Of a DNA stretch of 64,000 nt, positions 24,116 to 33,414 are shown one piece after another. The translations under genes and the position numbers were made by a program. Numbering within the stretch: the stretch's first letter is position 1; every line of letters begins with the position of its first letter. Under the pieces are notes generated by a model. The model saw only the letters and a program-made list of their open reading frames with translations. It searched no databases and was not told where the DNA came from. The DNA is taken from assembly GCA_015660865.1 (NCBI GenBank), contig JACTUA010000006.1, positions 87,777-151,776 of the forward strand, given 5' to 3'. The DNA is from Methanomicrobiales archaeon (GTDB lineage: Archaea > Halobacteriota > Methanomicrobia > Methanomicrobiales > JACTUA01).

Positions 24116-26478
24116 CTGATGGGCTGCCGGATTGTCTTCTCGAGCATCGTCTCCCAGTCGACGACGAACTCGGGGGGCACCTGGTCGCCGTACTCGAAGC
24201 AGAGGACATCGGTCTTCGGGTATTTGGCTTTCACGTTCCTGATGTAGATACGCTTCGGCTTGGACCCTTTTTTGAAGTCTGCTTTGAGGTGCATGTTCGC
24301 GTACTCGGCACCCCGCCTGTGGGCATCGTTCGTCTCGTACTGGTCGAGGGCCTTCTGGATCCCGCCGGGGATTCCCACCTCGTCAAGGCTGTACTTCCCA
24401 GCCCGGAATTTCGTGATGATAGCCCCAAGGTACGCCTTCACCTCGGGGAGGCCTTCTCCCTTCAGGATCTTCTCGATGACGGTCCGCTGGACCTCTTTCG
24501 TGATCTGCGGGTAGTCTGAGCGTCTGAGCTCGAAGCCAACAATATCGATCTCGTCCACGTCCTTCCCCTCCTTCCAGACGAGGTGCCCGGCGTAGCGCTT
24601 CTTCTTCCCCGCCTGGAAGAACCGCCGGTAGATCTTCTCAAACTTGATGGAGAAGTAGTGGGAGTCGGCGGAAAGTGTCTTCTTCGCGAACTCACAATAG
24701 CTCGCGTTCAGCGCGGCCTCGATCTTCCGGGCAGTCTCGATGGTCAGGGCCTCCTCCATCGGGGGAATCTGGACCATGCAGGAGTCGGTGTCGCCGTAGA
24801 TGACATGGTAGCCCAGGGACTCGATGACCGTTCTCGTGTGCTCGATGATGGCCCGCCCCACCGAGGTGACCGCTGCCCCGATTTCCCGGTCATAGAGCCT
24901 GAACCGGGCATAGCCCGAGACCCCGTAGTAGGTGTTCATGATGACCTTCAGGACGTTCTGCTGGAGGTCGTAGAGGATGAAATCAGGGGACCCGAACGGG
25001 TATCCGTTGCGGAGAGTCTTCTTCTGCTCCCGCTCCTTCAGGAGCTCGGCGATGATGGACCGGGTGAGCCCGTCGGGCTCGCGCCGGAAGCGGACCCCGT
25101 TCGGGGCCCGGAACTCCCCGTTCGGGTCCTTGGTCTCGGGCGAGGCGTTGATGGTCATCATCGCCATGGGGTACAGGGACTTCAGGTCAAGAACGACGAC
25201 GTTCTCCTTCACCCCCTTCGACGGGTCAAAGACCGTCGCTCCCTCGAACTCCTCGGCGGCGGCGAAGCCCTTCGACGGGAGGACAAACCGGCCGAAGGCC
25301 TTCCGGAGGATGTAGATGTCTATCACCTGGGAGGAGTTGAGGGTGCGGTCCAGGGGGCACCCGACGTAGCGGGCGATCTCCCGGTAGAACTCGATGATGT
25401 GGTTCTTCCGGTTGATGGCCACGCAGAGCTCCACGTCCTTCCTGTTGTAGTCCACGAGCCGGGCCGGGTCCTCCCTCCAGAGGGAGGAGAGGGTCCCCGT
25501 GAACCGGATCTTTGTCTCCCCGACCTCCTCCTCGGCTACGGCGTCCAGCCGGTAGGACTCCCGCTGGCTCCCGTGCATCTTCTTGTACGCGTCCAGGAGG
25601 TCGAAGAGGGCGCGTCCACGAAGCGCGGTCCGCTCGGTCCGCTCCTCCAGCCGCGCGAGGCAGGTCGGGTTCACCCCGAGGCGCTCCATCCGGGCGATGA
25701 TGTACGGGATATCGAATTCGAGGAAGTTCCAGCCCGAAAGGACGTCGGGGTCGCGTTCCCTCATGTAGCGGGCGAGGCCGAGGAGCATCTCCTTCTCGTC
25801 CTTGAACACCTCGACCGTGATCCTCTCGTCTGCTGGGGAAATGACCGGGACCGTGCCGGAGGCCGCAAGGAGGAAGCTCGTGTAATCGTCCTGGAAGGAG
25901 TCCCAGCATGTGATGGCGATGATCTTATCCCGCTCCGGCTCGGGGAACCCGCGCTCGTCCTCGCATTCGATGTCCATCATGCAGGTGCGGGCCGGTGCGT
26001 TCACCTCGGCCGCGCGGAGGGTGTGGTAATCTGCCTGGAGGGACGGGGCTTCGACGCCACCGGTAAGCCCATTGTCGATGAGGAACCGTGTCGCAAACGG
26101 GATATCGGCCTCGTAGTGCCTGTATCGTTCACGGTAATCCCTGACGTCGGTCGGTCTCCTGGTATAGAGCCTGCAGAGGGTCTCGCCCCGGATCGAGCGG
26201 TATGCATGGTCCGGATCGACCTCGACCCCGGAAGGGATGGGTGTCGCCGTGACCTGCTCCGCGGGGGCATAGAAGTACGGGCGGAAACCGGTCACCTCGA
26301 GGTGGACCGCCGAGCCGTTCCCGTCCCTCCCGAAGATGTGGATGACCGGCCCCTGGGGGCTGTTCGTGTACTCCACCTGGTTGATGGCGATGCGGATGCC
26401 GGAGTAATCGGCAAGGGTGCGGGTTATGGTACGCTTCTCAAAGCCCGGAACGACGGTCAGAGCCGCTCCCTCACCCAT
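24034..26478 (-). CDS. polB: Family B DNA polymerase
   Basis: The start is placed at MGEGAALTVV (ATG 26476-26478, overlapping the mdh stop). Exo motifs are DIECE and NFLEFDIPY. Polymerase motifs are SLYPMAMM, KVIMNTYYG and YGDTDS. Confidence 0.95.
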   Translation of the reverse strand: MGEGAALTVVPGFEKRTITRTLADYSGIRIAINQVEYTNSPQGPVIHIFGRDGNGSAVHLEVTGFRPYFYAPAEQVTATPIPSGVEVDPDHAYRSIRGETLCRLYTRRPTDVRDYRERYRHYEADIPFATRFLIDNGLTGGVEAPSLQADYHTLRAAEVNAPARTCMMDIECEDERGFPEPERDKIIAITCWDSFQDDYTSFLLAASGTVPVISPADERITVEVFKDEKEMLLGLARYMRERDPDVLSGWNFLEFDIPYIIARMERLGVNPTCLARLEERTERTALRGRALFDLLDAYKKMHGSQRESYRLDAVAEEEVGETKIRFTGTLSSLWREDPARLVDYNRKDVELCVAINRKNHIIEFYREIARYVGCPLDRTLNSSQVIDIYILRKAFGRFVLPSKGFAAAEEFEGATVFDPSKGVKENVVVLDLKSLYPMAMMTINASPETKDPNGEFRAPNGVRFRREPDGLTRSIIAELLKEREQKKTLRNGYPFGSPDFILYDLQQNVLKVIMNTYYGVSGYARFRLYDREIGAAVTSVGRAIIEHTRTVIESLGYHVIYGDTDSCMVQIPPMEEALTIETARKIEAALNASYCEFAKKTLSADSHYFSIKFEKIYRRFFQAGKKKRYAGHLVWKEGKDVDEIDIVGFELRRSDYPQITKEVQRTVIEKILKGEGLPEVKAYLGAIITKFRAGKYSLDEVGIPGGIQKALDQYETNDAHRRGAEYANMHLKADFKKGSKPKRIYIRNVKAKYPKTDVLCFEYGDQVPPEFVVDWETMLEKTIRQPISRIIEALGWDWHDVDPSRTTLAQFGMG

Positions 26479-27337
26479 TGAGCCCCCGGGAGAGATCGGC
26501 GAGGAATGCGGCGGCCTCACGGAGATGGGCCTCCTCCCAGGAGTCCAGGGGCCATTCCTCGATCCTCACGATCCCCTCCCTCCCGAGGCGTGCCGGAACC
26601 CCCAGGGAACACCCCGAGAGGTCGTACTCTCCGTCGAGCATGCAGGAACAGGGAACGGGTTCCTTCCCTCCTTTGAGGATCGCCTTCACGAGCCGGGTCA
26701 GGTGCCAGGCCGGCCCGAAGATGGTACCCCCCTTCCCTTTTATGATCTCCATGGAGGCACCCCTGAGGGTAGTGAGGATATTCTCCCTGGCCGGTGTGTC
26801 AACGGGATTCCTGAGGGGGTGGAAAAGGGGGACCTGGTGCTCGCCATGCTCCCCCAGGACATATGCGGAACCGGTGATCCCGCTCTCGTGGAGGATGCGC
26901 CTGAACCTTGCGCTGTCCAGCTGCCCGCCGAAACCGATGCACCGCTCCCTGGGAATCCCGGCCTTCTTCGCAAAGAAGTAGTTCATCAGGTCCATGGGGT
27001 TTGCCACCGTGACAAGGATACCCGAGAACCCCTTGAGGAGCGGAAGGCAGGATTCGGCAATGGGGAGGTTCACCCCGAGCAGGTCTGCCCGTGTCTTGAC
27101 GGTGGGGCTCCGGGAGATCCCTGCCGCATAGATGCAGATATCGGCATCCCGGATGGCTGCCGCATCGGCGGAGACGCTGATATCGAGGCCGCAGTCCTGG
27201 ATATCGAGGACCTGGGCCGCGAGGAGGGGGAGGTTCACGTCGTAGAGGACCAGGTCGTCCACGAGCCCCTCGATTGCCGAGACAAATGCGATCTCCCCAC
27301 CGATCCTGCCAACCCCGATGACCGCGACGCTGCTCAT
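26471..27337 (-). CDS. mdh: Malate (L-2-hydroxyacid) dehydrogenase of the LDH-like family
   Basis: 288 aa with an N-terminal Rossmann VAVIGVGRIGG, VTVANPMD, GGQLDSARFR and catalytic LGEHG. Confidence 0.9.
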   Translation of the reverse strand: MSSVAVIGVGRIGGEIAFVSAIEGLVDDLVLYDVNLPLLAAQVLDIQDCGLDISVSADAAAIRDADICIYAAGISRSPTVKTRADLLGVNLPIAESCLPLLKGFSGILVTVANPMDLMNYFFAKKAGIPRERCIGFGGQLDSARFRRILHESGITGSAYVLGEHGEHQVPLFHPLRNPVDTPARENILTTLRGASMEIIKGKGGTIFGPAWHLTRLVKAILKGGKEPVPCSCMLDGEYDLSGCSLGVPARLGREGIVRIEEWPLDSWEEAHLREAAAFLADLSRGLNG

Positions 27338-27387
27338 CTGCTACACTATGGGTATCCTAATAATAAATAACTGCAGAATCTCTTCGG

Positions 27388-28275
27388 ATGATCAGGTCAC
27401 CGGCCGGGCCAGTCAGCATAGGGGGGGTCGAACTCAGGAATCACCTCGTGCTCGCGGCTGGCATCCTCGGGACAACCGGTGCCTCCCTCGCGCGGATCCT
27501 CAATTCCGGCGCTGGCGGGGTGGTGACCAAGTCCATCGGCCCCGGGCCCCTCGACGGCCACCCGGGCCCCTGCCTGGTAGTCCTGGATGACGGGGTGCTG
27601 AATGCCATGGGCCTCCCGAACCCGTCCCGCGACTTCGTGCAGGAGCTCGCGCCCCTCTCGGGAGAGCCCGTCGTGGTGAGTATCTTCGGCGGGGATCCCG
27701 ATGAGTTCGCCGAGGTGGCATCCTGGTTCGCGGGGAGTGCCGCGGGCTTCGAGCTGAACCTCTCCTGCCCCCATGCAGAGGGGTTCGGATCGGCCCTCGG
27801 TACCGACCCCGCCCTGGTCGAGGAGTGCACCCGGGCGGTGAAGGCGCTGGGGAGGCCAACCTGGGTGAAGGTCACCCCGAACGTGACCGATATCACCGAG
27901 ATCGGCGCCGCGGCCGAGCGCGGGGGTGCAGATGCCATCGTTGCCATCAACACGGTGAAGGCCATGCGCATCTCGGTGCCGATGGGCAGGCCGGTCCTCG
28001 GGAACCGGTTCGGGGGCCTGTCGGGGAAGGCCATCTTCCCGATCGCGATCCGCTGCGTGTACGAGCTCTACGAGGCAAGCGAGGTGCCCGTCATCGGGTG
28101 CGGCGGCATCTCCACCGCGGAGGACGTGGTGGAGATGATGATGGCCGGCGCGAGTGCCGTGGAGATAGGGAGCGCTGTTCTTGAGGATATCGGAATCTTC
28201 GCGAAGATCTCCCGCGATCTCTACTCGCCGGATGGAAGAGAGCCCGATGAGATCGTGGGGTGCGCCCATGGATGA
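27388..28275 (+). CDS. pyrD: Dihydroorotate dehydrogenase, catalytic subunit (class 1B)
   Basis: 295 aa with NHLVLAAG, NAMGLPN, ELNLSCPH, KVTPNVTDI and GGLSGKAIFPIA. Confidence 0.9.
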   Translation: MIRSPAGPVSIGGVELRNHLVLAAGILGTTGASLARILNSGAGGVVTKSIGPGPLDGHPGPCLVVLDDGVLNAMGLPNPSRDFVQELAPLSGEPVVVSIFGGDPDEFAEVASWFAGSAAGFELNLSCPHAEGFGSALGTDPALVEECTRAVKALGRPTWVKVTPNVTDITEIGAAAERGGADAIVAINTVKAMRISVPMGRPVLGNRFGGLSGKAIFPIAIRCVYELYEASEVPVIGCGGISTAEDVVEMMMAGASAVEIGSAVLEDIGIFAKISRDLYSPDGREPDEIVGCAHG

Positions 28276-29035
28276 GGGGCTTCCCCGGACCGTCTCCATC
28301 AGGGGGATCGTGAGAGAGACCCCGAAGATCCGCACGTTCAGCTTCTCGGAGGCGTTCAGCTTCACACCCGGGCAGTTTGTCATGGTCTGGGTGCCCGGGG
28401 TGGACGAGATCCCCATGGCCCTCTCGGGGGAGAACTCCATCTCGGTCCAGGAGGTGGGGGATGCAACCTCCGCCATGTTCTCCCTGAAGAGAGGCGACCT
28501 CCTGGGGATACGGGGTCCCTACGGCGAGGGGTTCACGGTTCGGGGGAGAGTACTCGCCGTGGCTGGCGGGATCGGCGCTGTTCCCCTCCTCCCTCTCGCA
28601 ATGGGGGGGAAGGTCAAGGTCTTCCTCCTGGGGGCGGGAACAGAAAAGGATCTCCCTTTCCGGAAGGCTCTTTCAGGGAAAACAGATTTGAGGATCGCGA
28701 CCGATGATGGTTCCTCGGGAATCCACGGACCCGTCACGGCTCACCTGAAGGATCTGGATATCCGGGCCTTCGATCATATCTGCGTCTGTGGGCCTGAGCC
28801 GATGATGCGGGCGGTGCTCAAACACCTTCACGATGCAGGGATCGCGGAAAGAGGGCTCTTCTCCCTCCACCGGTACATGAAGTGCGGCGTCGGGCTCTGC
28901 GGATCATGCGCCATCGACCCCGACGGTATCCGGGTATGCCGGGAGGGACCGGTCATCCGGGGTGACCGGCTCACCGGGAGCGAGTTCGGTGCGTATTCGA
29001 GGGACGGAAGCGGCCGGCGAAGGCCCGTCCCCTGA
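28268..29035 (+). CDS. pyrK: Dihydroorotate dehydrogenase electron-transfer subunit
   Basis: The start is placed at ATG 28268 (MDEGLPRTV), overlapping the pyrD stop by 8 nt. It has an FAD/NAD-binding fold (GQFVMVWVPG, AGGIGAVPL) and a C-terminal 2Fe-2S motif CGVGLCGSC...C. Confidence 0.85.
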   Translation: MDEGLPRTVSIRGIVRETPKIRTFSFSEAFSFTPGQFVMVWVPGVDEIPMALSGENSISVQEVGDATSAMFSLKRGDLLGIRGPYGEGFTVRGRVLAVAGGIGAVPLLPLAMGGKVKVFLLGAGTEKDLPFRKALSGKTDLRIATDDGSSGIHGPVTAHLKDLDIRAFDHICVCGPEPMMRAVLKHLHDAGIAERGLFSLHRYMKCGVGLCGSCAIDPDGIRVCREGPVIRGDRLTGSEFGAYSRDGSGRRRPVP

Positions 29036-29125
29036 TGCCCGGATGGGCAGGAAAATCCCCGAATAGACTTTCCGAATGCTTTTTATGGCCATTCTGGGTC
29101 AGAATCTTTATCTGCGCGGGAGCTG

Positions 29126-31489
29126 ATGCTCAGTCAGCCGCGAATGAAACTGAAGGTCACCATCGACGAGCTCATCACGGACCGGCTGAGGGCAAAGGGC
29201 GTCGAGTTCAACGTCGGGAGGGTCATCGAGTCCTGGGACGAGGAACCGGGCCCCACCCCGATGCCCGGCATCGCGACCCTCCGGTCCTGGGACCGTGCCC
29301 TCCTCTCGAAGTACCACCCGTTCTACCTCCCTTTCTGCGACCTCTGCTGCCTCTGCACCATGGGGAAATGCGACCTCTCGGGGGGTAAGAGGGGGGCCTG
29401 CGGGATCGACATGGCCGCGCAGCAGTCCCGGATCGTCCTCCTCGCCTGTACCATGGGGGCCGCCACCCATACCGGCCACATGCGCCACCTCCTCACCGAG
29501 CTCATCGGCTCCTTCGGCCGGGATCATCCCATCGATGTCGGCTCGTCGGTCCTCCTCGAGGCCCCCCATGCCAGGCTGGTGACCGGGATAAAGCCGAAGA
29601 CCCTCGGGGATCTCGAGGACGTGGTCGAGTACTGCGAACAGGAGATCACCCAGCTCCTCTCCTGCTGCCATACCGGCCAGGAGGGGGATCCCCTCGACCT
29701 TGAGTCAAAGGTCCTCCATGCCGGTATGATCGACCACGTCGCCCTCGAGGGGAGCGACATCGCCCAGATCTCTGCCTACTCGTTCCCGAAAGGGGACCCG
29801 GAGGCATGCCTTATTGACTGCGGGGCAGGATGCATCGATCCGGGGAAGCCGGTCATCCTCGTCATCGGCCACAACGTCCCGCCCGCCATCGCCATCGCCG
29901 ACACCATGCATGACCTGGGCCTCGACGATAAGATCGAGGTCGCCGGGATCTGCTGCACGGCCCTCGACCTCACCCGGTACAATGCGGGTGCACGGATCGT
30001 GGGTGCACTCTCCCACCAGCTCAGGTTCATCCGATCCGGCATGGCTGACGTCATCGTGGTCGATGAGCAGTGCATCCGCTCCGATGTCCTCCACGAGGCG
30101 ATGAAGACCCACGCCCCCCTTATCGTGACCAATGCCAAGAACCTCCAGGGGCTCCCTGACAGGACCGGCGACGATCCTGACGAGATCGTCCGGTCTCTCG
30201 TAGAAGGCCAGGAGGCCGGGGCGGCCATCCTGGACCCTGATAAGGTCGGGGAGGTGGCTGTGCGGGTGGCCATGGAGCTCTCCCCGAAGAGGAGGAAGTT
30301 CAGGAACCTCCCGGACCAGGCCTCCATCATCGAAGCTGCCGGAGCATGTACAGGCTGTTTCAGCTGCATGCGGGCCTGCCCGAATAACCGTGAGATAACC
30401 GCCGCCATGAACGCTGCCTCCACGGGGGATCTCGCACCTCTCGCTGCCCTCTATGACTCGTGCATCGGCTGTGCCAGGTGCGAGGATGCCTGCCCCTCCG
30501 GCCTCTCTCCCCATGATCTGATCGCCGGGGCCTCCCGCGCCCTCTGCCCTCCCGAAAGATACCATATCAGGGCCGGGCGGGGCCCCATCCAGGACACCGA
30601 GATCCGGGCGGTGGGCGGGCCGATCGTCATGGGGGAGATCCCCGGGGTTGTTGCCACCATAGGATGCTCCAACTACCCGGGGAGCTGGAACGATGTCGGT
30701 TCGATGGCCGAGGAGTTCCTGAAGCGGCGCTACATTGTGGTGACCTCAGGGTGCACCGCCATCTCCATCGGGATGTACAAAAACGAGAACGGGGAGGGCC
30801 TCTACGACATCTACCCGGGCCGGTTCGATGCAGGCGGCCTCGTCAACTGCGGGTCCTGTGTCTCCAATGCCCACATCTCCGGCGCAGCGGTGAAGATCGC
30901 AAGCATCTTTGCGAAGAGGAAGCTCAACTCGAACTACGAGGAGATAGCCGACTATGTCCACCACCGGGTCGGGGCGGTCGGTATCGCCTGGGGCGCCATG
31001 TCCCAGAAGGCCGCGGCCATCGCCGCCGGGTTCTGGAGGCTCGGCATCCCGGTCATCGCCGGCCCCCACGGCGCAAAGTACCGGCGCATGCTCCTCGGGA
31101 GAAAGGACCGGGAGGAGGACTGGTATGTCCTGGATGCCCGGAGCGGCGAGCGGGTCTACGCGGGCCCCGTCCCCGAGCACCTCTTCACCGTCGCAGAGAC
31201 GAGGGAGGAAGCCATGGTGCTCGTGCCCAAGCTCTGCATGAGGCCGAACGACACGGCCAGAGGGAGATCGATCAAGTTGAACCATTACATCGACCTCCAC
31301 CGGAAGTTCTTCGGGGGGATGCCGGATGATCTCCCGCTTCTTGTCAGGACGAGGGCGGATATCCCCATCACCATGAAAGACGAGGTGGTCAGGTTCCTTG
31401 CTGCGCATGGCTGGAAAGAGAACGAGCTGCCCATCCCCGATCCCACCATGCTTCCCAGGCTCGCGAAGAGGGGGGAGAACCCCCCGTGA
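29126..31489 (+). CDS. cdhA: CO dehydrogenase/acetyl-CoA synthase complex, alpha (CODH catalytic) subunit
   Basis: 787 aa with FCDLCCLCTMGKCDL, GACGID, two ferredoxin-type CxxCxxCxxxCP motifs (CTGCFSCMRACP, CIGCARCEDACP) and C-cluster region GCSNY...GSCVSNAH. An alternative start is ATG 29144. Confidence 0.95.
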   Translation: MLSQPRMKLKVTIDELITDRLRAKGVEFNVGRVIESWDEEPGPTPMPGIATLRSWDRALLSKYHPFYLPFCDLCCLCTMGKCDLSGGKRGACGIDMAAQQSRIVLLACTMGAATHTGHMRHLLTELIGSFGRDHPIDVGSSVLLEAPHARLVTGIKPKTLGDLEDVVEYCEQEITQLLSCCHTGQEGDPLDLESKVLHAGMIDHVALEGSDIAQISAYSFPKGDPEACLIDCGAGCIDPGKPVILVIGHNVPPAIAIADTMHDLGLDDKIEVAGICCTALDLTRYNAGARIVGALSHQLRFIRSGMADVIVVDEQCIRSDVLHEAMKTHAPLIVTNAKNLQGLPDRTGDDPDEIVRSLVEGQEAGAAILDPDKVGEVAVRVAMELSPKRRKFRNLPDQASIIEAAGACTGCFSCMRACPNNREITAAMNAASTGDLAPLAALYDSCIGCARCEDACPSGLSPHDLIAGASRALCPPERYHIRAGRGPIQDTEIRAVGGPIVMGEIPGVVATIGCSNYPGSWNDVGSMAEEFLKRRYIVVTSGCTAISIGMYKNENGEGLYDIYPGRFDAGGLVNCGSCVSNAHISGAAVKIASIFAKRKLNSNYEEIADYVHHRVGAVGIAWGAMSQKAAAIAAGFWRLGIPVIAGPHGAKYRRMLLGRKDREEDWYVLDARSGERVYAGPVPEHLFTVAETREEAMVLVPKLCMRPNDTARGRSIKLNHYIDLHRKFFGGMPDDLPLLVRTRADIPITMKDEVVRFLAAHGWKENELPIPDPTMLPRLAKRGENPP

Positions 31490-32022
31490 AGGGCGAGGCC
31501 TGGCTGCGGGCAGAGACCCCTGCGATCGTCAGGGCAACTCTCATCGAGAAGCCGGGGGTGGCCGCAAAGCTCCTGAAGAGGGCGAAGAGCCCGGTCATCG
31601 TCGTCGGCCACGAGGTCGCGGAGGGAGAAGGATCCGGGATCCTGGACCCGATTGCCCGGATCGCCCGGGCGACCGGCGCACCCGTCGTTGCTACCGGGGG
31701 AGTCTCCGCGGAATTCGGGAGGAGGAGATTCGCCCCGGTGATCGTGATGTCAGCCATGGAGGCGGGGGATCGCCTCCTGGACCCGGCATGGCGGCCGGCC
31801 CCTGATCGCAGCCCGCCGGATTATGCATTTATCCTCGGCGTGCCCTTTGCCATCGCCTCGGTCATCGAGGCAGGCCTCGCGTCCTTTGCCCGGGACCACC
31901 TGAAGATCATCTCCCTGGACCGGCTCTACCATCCGCACTGCGATCTCTCCCTCCCGAACCAGTCCCGGGAGGAGTGGGAGAAGAACCTCGAGACCATCGC
32001 CCGGGAGGTGGAGAAGACATGA
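31486..32022 (+). CDS. cdhB: CODH/ACS complex, epsilon subunit
   Basis: 178 aa with a GTG start overlapping the cdhA stop. Its position and size match cdhB, and the PVIVVGHEV/GAPVVATGG pattern fits. Confidence 0.85.
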   Translation: MKGEAWLRAETPAIVRATLIEKPGVAAKLLKRAKSPVIVVGHEVAEGEGSGILDPIARIARATGAPVVATGGVSAEFGRRRFAPVIVMSAMEAGDRLLDPAWRPAPDRSPPDYAFILGVPFAIASVIEAGLASFARDHLKIISLDRLYHPHCDLSLPNQSREEWEKNLETIAREVEKT

Positions 32023-33407
32023 CGGGCGAGGGGATGTTCGCGGATATCCCCGTCGAGGTCGGGGTCGTCTTCGAGGGCGAGCGGATCCGGAAGCAGCAGA
32101 TGCATGCCGAGCTGGGCGGCCCGAACGTGGAGGAGAAGTTCGAGATCCTGGAGGTGAAGGGACCCGGGGAGGTGGAGGACGGGAAGATCAAGATCATCGG
32201 CCCTGACCTTCCCCAGATGCCAGAGGGCTCGAGCCATCCCTTCGGCACCGAGATCGCCGTCGCAGGGAAAGGGATCGAGCCCGACATGGCCGGGGTGATG
32301 GAGCGGCGGGTCCACGACTTCTCCAACTGGATCGAGGGATACATGCACCTGAACCAGCGGGATGCCATCTGGCTCCGGGTCGACAAGAGATCGGTGAAGA
32401 AGGGGCTCACGCTCAGGCACATCGGCGTTGTCCTCGCCCGGCTGCTCAGGAGCGCCATTCCCCTCATCGAGGCCGTCGAGGTGACCTTCATCACCGATCC
32501 GGAGGAGGTCCACCGCCGGATCGGGAGGGTGCAGGGGATCTTCGAGGAGCGGGATGCCCGCACCCGGGGCATGACCGACAGTGACGTGGATGTCTTCTTC
32601 GGCTGCACCCTCTGCCAGTCCTTCGCCCCCTCCCACGTCTGTGTCATCACGCCCCAGCGGTACGCGAACTGCGGGGCCATCTCCTGGATGGACGGGAGGG
32701 CTGCCTCCCGGGTCGACCCGAAGGGGCCCATCTTCGAGATCGCGAAGGGTGAGTGCCTGGACGCAGGCACCGGGGAGTACACGGGGGTGAACGCTGTCGT
32801 GAAGGAGAAGTCCCTGGGGAACGTCGAGCGGGTGCAGCTCTACTCGGCCTTCGGGTACCCCCACACCTCCTGCGGCTGCTTCGAGTGCACCACCTTCTAC
32901 GTCCCCGAGTGCGACGGCCTCGGCATCGTCCACCGCGACTATAAGGGGAAAACCCCCACCGGCCTCTCCTTCGGCGCCATCGCCGATTCGACGGCGGGAG
33001 GGAGGCAGGTCGACGGGTTCCACGGCCTCGCCTTCGAGTACATGAGGTCCCCGAGGTTTCTCTCGGCGAGCGGCGGGTGGAAGCGGGTCGTCTGGGTCCC
33101 GTCTGAGGTGAAGGAGAGGATGAAGGACCAGATCCCCCCCGAGCTCAAGGATGCCATCGCGACCGAGAAGGACGTGACGACTGTCGATGCCCTCGTCGCC
33201 TTCCTTCGGGAGCACCACCACCCGATCATGGATCGGATAAAAGCGCCGGAACCCGTTCCTGCGGCTGAGAATCCCGGGACGGAGGTCAGGCGGCCCCAGA
33301 CGGCCTCCCAGAACACGGTGACCATCCCGGGAGGAAGCGTCAGCCTCACCCTGAAGAACGTGAAGATCCATGCCGAACGGATGATCATCCGGAAGAAACA
33401 GGAGTGA
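32019..33407 (+). CDS. cdhC: CODH/ACS complex, beta subunit (acetyl-CoA synthase, A-cluster)
   Basis: The start is placed at ATG 32019 (an ATGA overlap with cdhB). A-cluster cysteines are present (FFGCTLCQSFAPSHVCVITP, CGAISW, HTSCGCFEC). Confidence 0.95.
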   Translation: MTGEGMFADIPVEVGVVFEGERIRKQQMHAELGGPNVEEKFEILEVKGPGEVEDGKIKIIGPDLPQMPEGSSHPFGTEIAVAGKGIEPDMAGVMERRVHDFSNWIEGYMHLNQRDAIWLRVDKRSVKKGLTLRHIGVVLARLLRSAIPLIEAVEVTFITDPEEVHRRIGRVQGIFEERDARTRGMTDSDVDVFFGCTLCQSFAPSHVCVITPQRYANCGAISWMDGRAASRVDPKGPIFEIAKGECLDAGTGEYTGVNAVVKEKSLGNVERVQLYSAFGYPHTSCGCFECTTFYVPECDGLGIVHRDYKGKTPTGLSFGAIADSTAGGRQVDGFHGLAFEYMRSPRFLSASGGWKRVVWVPSEVKERMKDQIPPELKDAIATEKDVTTVDALVAFLREHHHPIMDRIKAPEPVPAAENPGTEVRRPQTASQNTVTIPGGSVSLTLKNVKIHAERMIIRKKQE

Positions 33408-33414
33408 GACGCGT

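Noticed and set aside
24583-26481. A 632-aa plus-strand ORF lies antisense to polB. Similar very long antisense ORFs occur elsewhere (35552-37687 minus, 711 aa; 50463-52274 minus, 603 aa; 52706-54259 minus, 517 aa; 31926-33626 minus, 566 aa; 4990-6180 plus; 49117-50217 minus).
   Set aside because: Each overlaps a strongly motif-supported gene on the other strand. Their translations are low-complexity and rich in R/G/P/D/E/H, which is typical of stop-poor shadow frames in high-GC DNA. The 711-aa ORF spans four separate plus-strand genes.
24034-26520. Could polB plus the flanking repeats be a casposon or provirus carrying its own polymerase?
   Set aside because: polB is translationally coupled to mdh and has host-like composition. 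There is no Cas1, no terminal inverted repeat and no capsid or replication module. The repeats are direct copies of the gene's own 3' end.
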